Assembly: GCA_010093605.1 (NCBI GenBank) | Contig: MU004193.1 | Span: 1,433,520-1,497,519, forward strand | From: Lophium mytilinum | Lineage: Eukaryota | Direction: 5' to 3' | DNA: 64,000 nt | In this document: one piece after another, positions 13,558 to 24,597 of the stretch | How positions within the stretch are numbered: position 1 is the stretch's first letter | Layout: the number at the start of each line of letters is the position of its first letter | Position numbers and translations under genes: made by a program | The notes under the pieces: model-generated | Told to the model about the DNA's origin: nothing | The model's input: the letters and a program-made list of their open reading frames with translations, nothing else | Databases searched by the model: none

Positions 13558-15639
13558 ATGGCGGGCACCAGGCCGGCGCTGGCAGCATACTGCGAGGACG
13601 CCTCCGACGACAGCGATACTCAAACCGACACTCGCCGGCACAACAGCAGCGGCGGCCATGCCAATGTGGCCGCCAAACGCTCCCATCCCTCGGACCTCAA
13701 CAACGTCAAGTCGGTCGAGGTCGTCGGACCAGACGCCGCCTCAGACAGCGGGTACTCGAGCCACACCGCCGCTACCATGAGCAGTGCTGATTCTGCCCAA
13801 AGTCACCAGTCGAGTCCGCCGACGAGCGCGGGCACTGGCCCGGCACCGAGTCCGAGCAGGAGGAGGCCAACCCTCGAGAACACCAGAGAGCGCAGCAGCC
13901 AGAGCAGCCCGCGGAAGCCGCTGGTGCGCGTTGCATCGTCGGCGCGGAGGGATAGGGAGAAGGAGGTGGAGTGCAATGTTCCGAATTGCGAATGTAAGCA
14001 GAGCCAGAGCCAGCGGCGCCGCAGACCGCAACTCTCCTCACTAGACTCCGCCGTCGATGTCAGATATCCTTCCTACGACGAGCGCTCACAGCGCTCTGAC
14101 CCATCCAACTACCCTCCGCCGTCGCCGCAGTCTGCTCGTCAGCCGCCGCCCTACAACCAGGGCTCAGCCATTATTCAGCCAGCCTCATCTATGCGTCGTC
14201 GGACATCATCTACCTCGCGGCCTCGTCCCGTCAGCTACCATTCGGGTGTTCCCTCCGAGGCAGGAGGCTACTGGGTTCCCGGCATGCCGATCCCAGATCG
14301 AGGCCCTCCTCCCTCCATGTCCGCTCAATACGCCGTCCCATCACCTATGCAGCAATTCCCCCCAATGAGCCAAACTCCAACCAACGGTTACTATCCTCCT
14401 GGGCATCCCATGTACCCGGCACCCTACGAGCCGTCCCGCCCTCCTCTCGCCCAGCGAAACTCCTCCCAATACAGCACCCGACGACCCTCCTCCCAGTACG
14501 GGGCACCAGTCATATCCTACGAGCAGCAGCCGTATCGCGAAACAAACGTTTCAGCCCGCCCTCGTCCTAGTGCACGCTACGACTCCAACCAGCCTCCCAC
14601 TTTCGACAGTTCGAGCTCTGAAGAGAGCGAATCTGAAGAGGAGGACGATCGCCGTCGCATGCCGCCTCCACCACGAAGGCCAAGCATCCGCCAGTCAAAC
14701 CCGAACTCTTACAGCGATCGGATGACCCAGTCTCAACAGCTTCCCCCGCGGGACCGAGACCGAGACCGAGAACGGGAGCGGGAACGTGACCGCGAGTCCC
14801 GCCCACCTCGGCCGACAAGCCGTCCAGCTCGCCCAACCAGCACTGCTCCGACTCGTACGCCCTCTCTCCGTCGACCATCGTTAGTCCAGCGAGAAGTGCC
14901 GAAATCCGTTTCATACTCTAATTCAGCTGGCAATGCCAAGGTCGTCGTTGAGACTGCTAAATCTCGCCGGCGACAGTCATACATGGGACACGAGCTAGCG
15001 TACGAACTGGAGTCCAAGTCACGAAACAACCATCCCCTCTATCGCGGAGAGACTGTCGTCAACAACAGCCAACCGAGACGCCGCCAAACTGTTACTGACG
15101 ACCGCCGACGCGATGAGAACTTTGTGGACACCAAAAAGCGTGATGCCGAGGCCTATCAGCAGCGCATGCGCGGAGACCCCGTGCTCCCACTCACCGAACA
15201 ATTGCTCAAAGCATCCAAACGAACGTCACGTGTTCCCTCTGGCGCATCGGAAGCTGGTTCCACCCGCAGCAAGAACTCCCACGACCGAGCCACCCGCGTG
15301 AGCCAATCCGGCCAATCCATTGTCACCAACTCTGGAAACGGGGAAATCAAGCTCCGGCTCGATGGTGCGACCAGCTTCAACTTGCAACTCTCAGGCGGTG
15401 AACGGACCATCCGCGTAGAAGAAGCAGAGAACGGCATGCGTGAGCTGACTATCGCAACCCCACGCGGAAACGAGGTCAATTACAACAGGAGCGAAAGGGG
15501 CAGCATAGCGGGACGACGACCGCTCATCATGGCACGACGAGACGCTGAAGAGACCAGCGTCAGGAGCAGGAGAAGTAGCCGCAGCGGCCGAGCCGAGACT
15601 GAGCGGCGTCCTCTACGACGCGAGAGGTACGAGGATTAA
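13558..15639 (+). CDS. Ser/Pro/Arg-rich, largely disordered hypothetical protein (~690 aa)
   Basis: Long uninterrupted ORF whose first ATG (13558) is in a good context (CGCCATGG). Contains DSGYSS, a CNVPNCEC cluster and an RD/RE dipeptide run; followed by a T-rich 3'UTR-like region. Confidence 0.75.
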   Translation: MAGTRPALAAYCEDASDDSDTQTDTRRHNSSGGHANVAAKRSHPSDLNNVKSVEVVGPDAASDSGYSSHTAATMSSADSAQSHQSSPPTSAGTGPAPSPSRRRPTLENTRERSSQSSPRKPLVRVASSARRDREKEVECNVPNCECKQSQSQRRRRPQLSSLDSAVDVRYPSYDERSQRSDPSNYPPPSPQSARQPPPYNQGSAIIQPASSMRRRTSSTSRPRPVSYHSGVPSEAGGYWVPGMPIPDRGPPPSMSAQYAVPSPMQQFPPMSQTPTNGYYPPGHPMYPAPYEPSRPPLAQRNSSQYSTRRPSSQYGAPVISYEQQPYRETNVSARPRPSARYDSNQPPTFDSSSSEESESEEEDDRRRMPPPPRRPSIRQSNPNSYSDRMTQSQQLPPRDRDRDRERERERDRESRPPRPTSRPARPTSTAPTRTPSLRRPSLVQREVPKSVSYSNSAGNAKVVVETAKSRRRQSYMGHELAYELESKSRNNHPLYRGETVVNNSQPRRRQTVTDDRRRDENFVDTKKRDAEAYQQRMRGDPVLPLTEQLLKASKRTSRVPSGASEAGSTRSKNSHDRATRVSQSGQSIVTNSGNGEIKLRLDGATSFNLQLSGGERTIRVEEAENGMRELTIATPRGNEVNYNRSERGSIAGRRPLIMARRDAEETSVRSRRSSRSGRAETERRPLRRERYED

Positions 15640-18153
15640 GACCATTTACGTGTGATGAGGCATGAAGTATGAAGTACGAGCAGCGTTGATTTTCACTTTT
15701 GGATGCAGCGGGCGCCACATTTGTTTTTGCATGTCGTTTTCTTGGATTCCTTTCACATGCACGCAACTAGCATTCGATGTTTTCGCCCCCCATCGTAAAT
15801 TTCTACCTTCTATGTTGTGCTACTGCAGCGATTTCACTTTTTCATTGGGCGGACTGGATTGGAATTAAAAGCTTTTGACCAAAAGTTTTACTGTCTCGCC
15901 GCCATTGGGAAAAGGAAAAGCCGGATCAGCGCACCATCTTCTCTTGCTACTACCCGTTTTCTGCCACGTTTTTGGCGTTTCACTGGATTCCCCCGTTGAC
16001 ATCTTGTTCTTCATCCTCCATCGGCCCGCGATTTGATTGATTGGTTCATGCGTTTTTGGCTCCTGCAACGCGCGTGTTTTGGGCTTGCTTACTTTGCTTT
16101 GCTCTACTTAGATGTAAGTGCGTGCTCACGCACAAGCGTCGAAGGAGAGGAGGCATGGGGCTGGGCCTTCATGAGATTGAGTTGAGAAGAACACACGGAA
16201 TACGAATTTGAGACTGTACGATCCCCCGTCTACGGCTGTTGTTTCACCTTCCTTGGTTTCACCCCTTGTTGTTTTTGTTTCTGATTCTAGCAATGTGTTT
16301 TTTCTTCGTCGTTGGCCCTTGTCACTTTCTTCCATCGTCTTCATACCCTTCTTGAGCTAGCGGATACCTCTTTGCTTGGTCTATTAGCATGTGGGACACG
16401 CACTAGTGGGCTTTGGCCTACCCTTTTTCTCTTTTTCTACATAGGCTTTTAGCATTCGTGATGTTGCGTTTCTTCAAAATCTTGTGGTGGGGCTTTTTGT
16501 GTTGGGAGGATTTAATACCCTTTGCGCCCTCTATTGTAGTTAGCAACGACGGTAGGGAGGCGTGAGATTGGATGGATAGGCGGGTGTGCGGTCTGCATTG
16601 GGTTGGATGGAAACGGATCGGGGGTTACGGCTGCATGATGGGATGGATGGATTGGGGGGGTTGGAGTTCAACACCCGCAGGCTCGCTGCCTGGAGCATAC
16701 GTGCTTGAGGGTGCATGCTGGGACGACGACGACGACGATGGTGATGGTGGTGGGCCACGGCAGCCTGGCGAGCGAGCGAGCTACGTAGCATCAATCCTGA
16801 AGATGACGTTTGTTGTCTACACACCCTGTCCTTGTCTATCTCGCTTCAATGATGATGTCGCTGATATGTTTAATCCCGTTACAGCAGCACGCCTTCGTCT
16901 AAAGCAGTACAGTACGTCTCTATGTAGAGTAGCCTCGCGTCTACCTCAATCACCTTCTAGGTAACCCGCCGCATCCCCCCATCACGCAATCACCGATCCC
17001 CAGCGTCAACATCAACGTCATAACCACACCTATCTCCCGGAGCTTCAGCTCACTTGCCCTAGCACGCCACCCGTACCTCCGGCTCCAACCGACCGACCCC
17101 CGCATGCGGAAGCTTGCGAGCAGCCCGTAGCTCGCAGCCACGTCCCCCGATTCACCGCAGGTTCTCTTATCGCTGAATCCCCGGGGGCCACCCCCGCACC
17201 CCACAGATGCACCCAGCACCACCACCACCACCCCACAGATGGTAGATGGCGGGTGCTGATCGCTGGGCGGTGAGAGCTGCAGGGAGCGGAGCTAGGGGGG
17301 CGGGTGCATGGGCTGGGCGTGGCGGTGGATGGGGCCAAGGGGAGGGGGACACGTAGGTTGGGGGAGGGGGTCATGTGATGAGGGAGGTGGGATTGGGAGC
17401 TGGAGCTGGGAGTGGAGGTGTGGGTGATGGGGGTGATGTCGTTGGTGGAATCTCGATGGGGTAGGGCGACGGGGGATTGGATGAGGGAAGGCGATGGGGA
17501 TTGGGGGTGGTGGTTGGCTGGGTCGTCGATGGCTGGGGGAGGTTAGACTCGGAGTGGTCGGGGTATATGTACTACGATTGCTGTGTCTGAGGTTTGAGCG
17601 AGTTGGGAGGTTGGGGGGTGCGTGTGCTTGGGAGAGGTTTGGCGTTTAATGTTAGAGGGAAGAGGTTGGGGTGGAGTGAGGTGATGGTACGGTGTCCGTG
17701 AATGCTATGTGACTCGCTCTCGTCATGGCCTGTAGTAGGTCTACGTCAAGCTTTGAGATGCGTTAGGAAGTACAGATAGATCTCTGGGTGAACGTGTGGC
17801 TTTCATATAGGCAGGGGAAATGTGTGAAATTTTGGAAGCGTGCAATACGGAGCTGTGGAATCATTTTGTGATTGCGACCAGAGAACCTGCTTGAAACGAA
17901 AGCTGGTTGAAAGGTGCATAGAGACGAGATGTTAAACCGATATACGAACGTTATATGAGCAATGCTCAAATGTGAATGAAAACAACTCGCCCATTTTCTC
18001 TCATCAGCCGAGCAAAAACGTGAGTATGTTCACTCATGCACGCACAAGGCCAAAAAGTAAAACCAACCGCCACCCACTTCCACATCGCCGTCAGGAGTCT
18101 CTTATGTCGTCGTATACGTCCTAAAAGAGGTAGACGTAAGGAACTAAGCGACT

Positions 18154-18170
18154 AAAAAAAAATCAAAAAA
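18154..18170 (-). terminator. RNA polymerase III oligo-T terminator of the tRNA-Asp gene
   Basis: T6 (18165-18170) and T9 (18154-18162) runs on the minus strand, starting 12 nt after the tRNA 3' end. Confidence 0.8.
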
Positions 18171-18181
18171 GTAATTTTTAT

Positions 18182-18328
18182 CTCCCCAACAGGGAATCGA
18201 ACCCTGGCTGCAAACATCCGTTAGCATGATTGTTATCATGAATGGTTAATTGTGGTAGCTTACTCTCCCGCGCTTGTTAAGCAAGTTGCTTTGACAAGCG
18301 GAAATCATGACCACTAGACCATTGAGGA
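18182..18328 (-). tRNA. tRNA-Asp(GTC) with a canonical 19-nt intron (18273-18291) and a 56-nt GT-AG insertion in the variable loop (18208-18263)
   Basis: Spliced sequence TCCTCAATGGTCTAGTGGTCATGATTTCCGCTTGTCACGCGGGAGACCAGGGTTCGATTCCCTGTTGGGGAG (72 nt) folds as a cloverleaf. Acceptor stem TCCTCAA/TTGGGGA, anticodon stem TCCGC/GCGGG, anticodon GTC at 18295-18293, T-arm CAGGG-TTCGATT-CCCTG, discriminator G73. A box TGGTCTAGTGG, B box GGTTCGATTCC. Confidence 0.93.
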
Positions 18329-20547
18329 ATGTTGTGATATCCGTATGTTGGATGAGATGGTGGCGGAATTATTGTTCTTATATTGGCTGAAAAGTGACGT
18401 GGCGAGGGGCCGTAGAGGGGTGCATTAGAAAGAGTGGGCACGGGAGGAGAATTTGCGAAGTGGAGTGGGACTTGGAGAGTGGGGTCCGCCAGCGGGGGCT
18501 GGGTAGTTTTGATGGGTGACCGCGGAACAGCTTCAAGCGCCAAATCACTTCGGAACTGTGCTGCTATCTTCCATGCATGCAACATACCTTGTCTAACAAG
18601 CTTGTCTACGTCTACCGAACTTGCTATCCTAATCCCATCTCTTCTTTTACATTGAAATTATAAGCTTTTCCATCATGACACGCGGGGCGCCGAGCAGCGG
18701 GTCGGCACGCGCGCGAAAGCTTCGCACGACGCATTAAATCGGTCCAACTCAAACACTTTTCGACCTCCAAAAGTCGAGTCAGAATCTCAACGCATACATC
18801 TGAGGTGCTGCTACGCGGAATGATGATTAGAGGTCTCATCATGAAAAGTATAAGGGCTCGATAGCCGCCCGAGATCATAGCTTGCATAAAACAATCTCTG
18901 CGCGCTCACCACGTGACCATTTCCAGCTACATATCGCAATATCCTCCATTTCATCCGTATTGCCACTCTTCAAGTGCACTCCTTCCATATTATCCCTGGT
19001 TAGCATCGTTATATTTCATATTGGTTTCGCAATGGCAGCAACGTCTCTGCCCCAAACCTCCGCCATCTAGCCAAATCAAACTATTTACTTTCCCTACAGC
19101 TCATAGCTACAAGAACTCCTCTTGCTACCCAACAGTTCGGCAAAGATTGTTTGTTTGTGTTTTGAATGTATGATCAAGCACGCGAATAAAGTGTAGAAAC
19201 AGCAATTCGCTACTACTGCGCTCGTGGTGAGCTCGATTGTGCTGATTTTGAAAGACATCGCGTGGCCGGAGCGGCGGGTGGTGTATATACAACAAGCATT
19301 AGGTATGGGGCGGAGGAGGTGGTGAGGGGTTTAGTTTGACTCTAGTGATCAGAGAAAGTGCGAGATTGAAGGGCCCCGGTAGAGGAGGAAAAGGATATAG
19401 GAAAAAGAAGAGAAGAGTATAGATTAGGAGAGGAATTGTGGTGTTGGTAGGTTTGGTGTTTGGGATGCTCGTGACATGTGCAGCACTGATCGTGGAGGAG
19501 ATATGTTGGAAGGCAGCCGTTTGGGGTATCCATACTCGCTATTCGTCTTTACATGGACAATTGTGGAGATTGCACCGAGGGCGATAGATAAGTTCTTTAT
19601 TTGTGTCATGTTCTTGATCTTAACAGTCACTTCTTCTATTTGAGCCGCTGTTTTGGATATGGATGAGTACCAATTTGGCGTTCAGGTAAGGGGCAAACAT
19701 GCAAAGATGTGAAGTTCGACGCTTGACTTGACTATGTGAGTAGACACCTAGTATATGTAAAGAAGCAGACTCAAACTGATCTTAGCGTATTTGTGTATGT
19801 AGTGGAGCACGTAGGAATCACCTGACTCCTTCCTTCGCAGACTCAGAACAGTATAAAACCTCAGCACTCCTCGGAATCTTCATCTGTCATCGGTGTCATA
19901 GCAGTGGTTGTCGGGATGGAGCATCAAAAGTATGACTCGGTAGGGCCTTATGTGCTTGGGGTTTTCCGTGGCGGGCGAAACGGGCGGAGTCTGGGTCTGA
20001 TGTGATTTATTGAGTCTCTATTAAAGTTGATCAGCATCCTTAACCGAAAACGCCGAAGCTGGTTGTTAAAAAAAGATGTTCGTAGTCATCTATATCTCCA
20101 TTTGAAGTGTTGTGAGTTGTCTTCATACTTCACATTGAAAAAAACTCGCGAGGTTCAGTCTCTATAGAGGTGGTCGTTATCACTTTCACTTGATTCTGAT
20201 GCAGTTCACCAAATCAACCTCCTGCTTTCCCTCCACCAAGCACCAACATGAAGTATTATTCCGTGAATTCTTGCAAACGATGGCCGAGGCCATTCAGGCA
20301 GCATCCGAGACATGTCGTACTGGTCTGCGCAGACTAAGAGTGAGTGAGAATGAAGCGCTACTTGGCTGCACTGTTATCGTAGGTTCGGGCTCTCGGAAAA
20401 AAGAATGTCCATGGTTTCCGATATCTATATACAAGACTCCGGGTCCGCCAATGTTGGAAAGAAGATAATATATACATCTCAACCCCCGCCCATAGTCTCA
20501 GACCCTCCTTTTCCCTTCAATTTCCTTTCCCCTCACCAGCAGGTCGT

Positions 20548-21529
20548 CTAGCAAGTCGCCACATCCTCCTCCGTATACACGCACGCCTCACTAATCCCCT
20601 CGCTCACTTCCTCCGGCTCATCCCCCGTATCATTCCCCTCAAACTCTTCACACACCTTCTTAACCCCCGTCAAACAACTCCCCGTAATCGTCGCCGTATC
20701 CCCATAATTCTCATTAATCCCCACCAGCAGCTTCCCCTCCTCCGCCACGACTCCCTCAATCACAACATGCCGCTCATGCTGCTCCTTACAGTTCCCGAAA
20801 CTGCGATACAGCTTCCTGAAATCGCTCACGAAGAACCCGCTAATCGACACCGTGCCCCCGCCGTTATGCTGCACGACTTTATCCGTCGCACCCTTTGCGC
20901 CGCCCCCGATCACGTACGAGGTCCCCGAGGACTGTTTGATGGTTAAAGCGTCCTCGCATACGGATTCCCACCACACGTTTGTGAGCGTGCAGGCGCCCAG
21001 GCAGTGGATCCCTTCGATCTGGTCGGCGCCGATGATGACGTTGGAGAGCGAGCCGCCCTCGGAGACATGGAAGACGGCGTCGCTGTCACCGCCTTCGGCT
21101 TGGCCGGTGCAGGTGGCTTGACGGCGGTTAGTCGTGGGAGGAATGGGGGCGGCGTGGGAAGGACTTACTTCCGCGGTCGAAGCGGTACATCCCGCCGTCG
21201 AAGGCGCCGTCGATGACCATGGGCTCACTGAGGGAGCTGGTCCCCGCGGCGGAGGGGAAGGTGGTTGTTGCGGTGACGGCGCGCGCCGCGTGGGGAGGGT
21301 GGCTTGAGATGCCTGTTGGGTGGGGGAGTGTCACGTTGGAAGGCTGGGTCGGGAAGCTGGTTGGAAAGACGGTCGGGGCTGGATAGGAGACTGAGCCCGA
21401 TCCAAATGGGTGGTCTGGCTTGAAGTGGAGGTTGCCATGGCCATGCGGTCGGCCTTGGGGAGAGGCGTTGACTGCTACGAGGATGGAGCCCGAGATGGCG
21501 ATTGTGGAGAGGAAAGCGGTGGGATGCAT
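20548..21529 (-). CDS. Secreted pectate lyase, polysaccharide lyase family 3 (2 exons)
   Basis: Signal peptide [22 protein letters not shown], Pro/Thr/Ser-rich linker, intron 21117-21168. PL3 motifs [37 protein letters not shown], KLYRSxGNC and GINENYGD. Confidence 0.92.
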
Positions 21530-22496
21530 GCTGATGGATTTGAATCGTCGATATTGGGTTGGAAAAAGCGAAATGAGGGTAAAGAAATAGGGCCTATGGC
21601 AATAGAAAATGTTCAATTCTATGACCGGCGCAGATCTAAGGAATGTAACATGCGGATGAATGGAAAGCACAGGAGGTAAATAGTAGCGATTGCATAGCTT
21701 CTCTTTTATCGTGTACGATGTCATGACTTTGGCAGTTTCTCTGATGAGCGCCTACAGCAGGCATTGAACATCAAACGCCAAGATGGTTATCAGTGGAGAG
21801 GAAACGCGTCGATCTTGGCAAGCTTGAGAGCAATAGGAGAACTTTCAAGGAGTTCTTCCACCATGGAGACAGGCGGAGCCTTGGCAGCATCAGCTATCAG
21901 ATGCAGGGGCGGAATCATGCGAAGTCCCGAGTGATACGCGAAGTTATCAGTGGGACTTCGACTCTATTGGCGGAGATTTTGAGTACTGAGCCAGAGACTA
22001 TAGTGTCGGCTTTGGCACAATCGGAGAATTCAACTGCGTCGGGAGTATCTGGTGGTCTTCCGTAGTTTCACTTGGCAACGGTTCAGTGCATGCGAAGGCA
22101 CTAAAAAGATCAACTCCGGGTTTCGCCATCTATTGGGAAAGCCAAGACTCTGAGGAGCAAGACGGCGTTTCACACAGCCCAGGGACAAGATATTAGGATA
22201 ACCGTGGAATCCTGATTGATGCCAGGCCTTGTTTCCTGGATATGGGTTGAGAAAGGCCGGTGCAGATGGCTGGCAAGAGGTCAGTGTGTTGATTGTGGGA
22301 AAGGGGACTTGGAGCTTACTCCCACGGCCGAAGCAAAAGGTCCTCCATCGAAGCCGCAATCAATGACCATAGGCTCCCCGAGTCCTTCTGCCTTTCATAG
22401 GCTTCAGTATGATCCTCGATGTCCGACCCTAGCAGCCTTTCCATGTGAGACACTGATGTTCCCTCACGTAAATTTGATATCAGCCTCCTAAAAAGA

Positions 22497-24597
22497 TTAC
22501 CCTCCCAGTTCGAAGGCGTTCGAGCCTGTTCTGGATCTATGAAAAGGATTTGTGGGATGAAAATCATTTGTGGAATGAAAAGGATTCATGGATCTACGCA
22601 GGGTTTCTGAGTCCGTCGCCCAGGCAATGGTATTAGGTAAGGCAAAATAGTCAGGACTACTCTGAACAGCCTCATCCGGCTCCATTGGGGTGATTTGACT
22701 TGTCCTTGTGACCGTCGTTATGGATGATCGGCCCTGATCTTTGCAACGACAAGATCCCAAATTAACTGAAAACGATGACAGGTTGCGCACCACGCTATGT
22801 GCATTACATCGCTCTTCCTGCTTCAAACAAATCATGGGTGCGATGAGTCGTTCAAAAGTGGGCCAGCCGGGAGTTCCCTTGAACCAGAGCGGAGTTTGGT
22901 TCGTGGCACGGCTGTAGAGGTAGACATTGCCCGGTTCTGCGGCATTTCCATGTCCCGGATGCTTCCACAGGAATTTATGGAAGTCGTCGACAGACTTACC
23001 ATTCAAAACCGAGAGCATCTCCGAGAAGACGCATCCAAGAGAAAAAATATCCGCTTTGCGGCCATGCTTGCGTAACGTTCCGTCGACGAAGTTATTAAAC
23101 ACCTCTGGCGCGGCATACATAGCGGAAATCCGTGCCGGGTTCTCGGTGGACGTTGTCTGACCAATTGTGAATCGTGAGGAAGAGCTGAAGTCCGTGAAAA
23201 GAACCTGGGATCCGCGATGGACAATATTTGAAGGCTTAATATCTTGATGCCGAATTCCTTGCCCATGCATGTAAACCAGAGCAGACGTCAGGCAGCCAAA
23301 CCAGCTGCGAAGCCAGCTAGCCTCCTTCAATGCTAGTCCACGCTCTCCAGCCTCGTCTAAGAAGATTTTAAGGTCATTTTCGCCGACAGGTGACATAAGA
23401 AGGCAGTAAAACTCCTTCCTTCCTTGACTTAGATCCTCATACGATCCTAGCATCTGTACAATGTGGAGATGACAGAGGTCTCCTAGGACTTTGGCCTCTG
23501 CTTGGATGATTTTGAGGCGCTGTGTCCGCTGGTGGGGGGGAATTCGAACCCGCTTACGAACGAAACTCTCGAAACCGGGTCTAGGAATTCGGACTTCTTC
23601 AACGACACCGAGTGAGCCGATTCCAAGATGGCCGCACACGATGAGAGAATCTGTCGAACCAGGAGCGAGAACGCTGTGGCCTATAGTGAGGCCACATTTC
23701 GCAGCAACGGTATCGCGATCGCCTGCCCACATAGCGTCGATAGCCTCAGACTTAGCGTGATTTTGTTCAAGAAGCTCCTGCCCTTGCATCCTGGCATTTA
23801 GAGTCTCCTCAGTCTCCGGGGAGACCATCTGCGTCTCGGATAAGAGATGATGAGCGATTCGGGACTGATCCCGGCTAAGATCTTCCAGGTTTTCGACTCT
23901 CGATTTGCAATTGCGCTCTAGCACACGCAGACGAAACTGCAGAGTCTTTTCGGTCTCGGATCGAGGGCGGTAGTTGGCGTGAAGGTTATGATTGTACTCG
24001 TATAGCACTCTGAGTGCATCATGCCAGATCTGCAAGGCGTCCTGTAACGTGCCCTATGGTTGTACAGCATAGTCAGCTGCGGCACTGAAGATTCAAAGGA
24101 GGAGATCTAATAAATAGGCATACCTGTCCATCGGAGAGGTCGAGGGCATGTGAATACAGCTCAGAGCATTTGTCGTACGTGTCCTGCATCAAACGCTCTG
24201 CCGATGAACTCTGTGTTGATCTCTCCCATGTCTCCTGCGTTGATCTCTTCCTTGTGTTCTGCGTTGATCTCTCCTCTGCTGTGGTGCTAGTGTGTACCGG
24301 CGGGCGGGCGGGACTGACCAGCGGGGAACGTGTATACTCGGGTACTTGCACTTCCCGGATTCTCGCAATATCGGGGACTGCTGAGGTATCACTGGGCATC
24401 GACGGGGGCCCCAATTTGGGTAGCGGTAAACTTTTATGCCCGGGCAGTATCTCGGGCGGCTTGAACGACTTGCTGGCGCTGCGGAACAGACCAGTAAGCT
24501 TGTTCTCTTCCTGGATGCTTGCAATATCAGGGGTGAGTGCTCGTGCATTGAATGGTTTCTCCTTCCGACGAAGGCGGTCCGCAACCTTGGACCACAT
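22497..24597 (-). CDS. Fungal-type Ser/Thr protein kinase with long N-terminal extension (2 exons)
   Basis: Intron 24054-24123 (GTATGC...GCTGAC...TAG) joins two ORFs in frame. Kinase motifs GIGSLGVV, VRK, HQDIKPSNI, DFS (DFG variant), MYAAPE and DIFSLGCVF. Confidence 0.85.
24211..24282. repeat. Three imperfect 24-bp tandem repeats inside the kinase N-terminus
   Basis: ctgygttgatctct... units at 24-nt period, encoding ERSTQ/KRSTQ/ERSTQ. Confidence 0.8.

Noticed and set aside
14749..14796. GACCGA/GAACGG-type hexamer repeats
   Set aside because: Simply encode the RD/RE run of the host protein; not a separate element.
18277..18655. ORFs overlapping or adjacent to the tRNA 5' end
   Set aside because: Non-ATG starts, no protein-like features; the region is explained by the tRNA gene and its flank.
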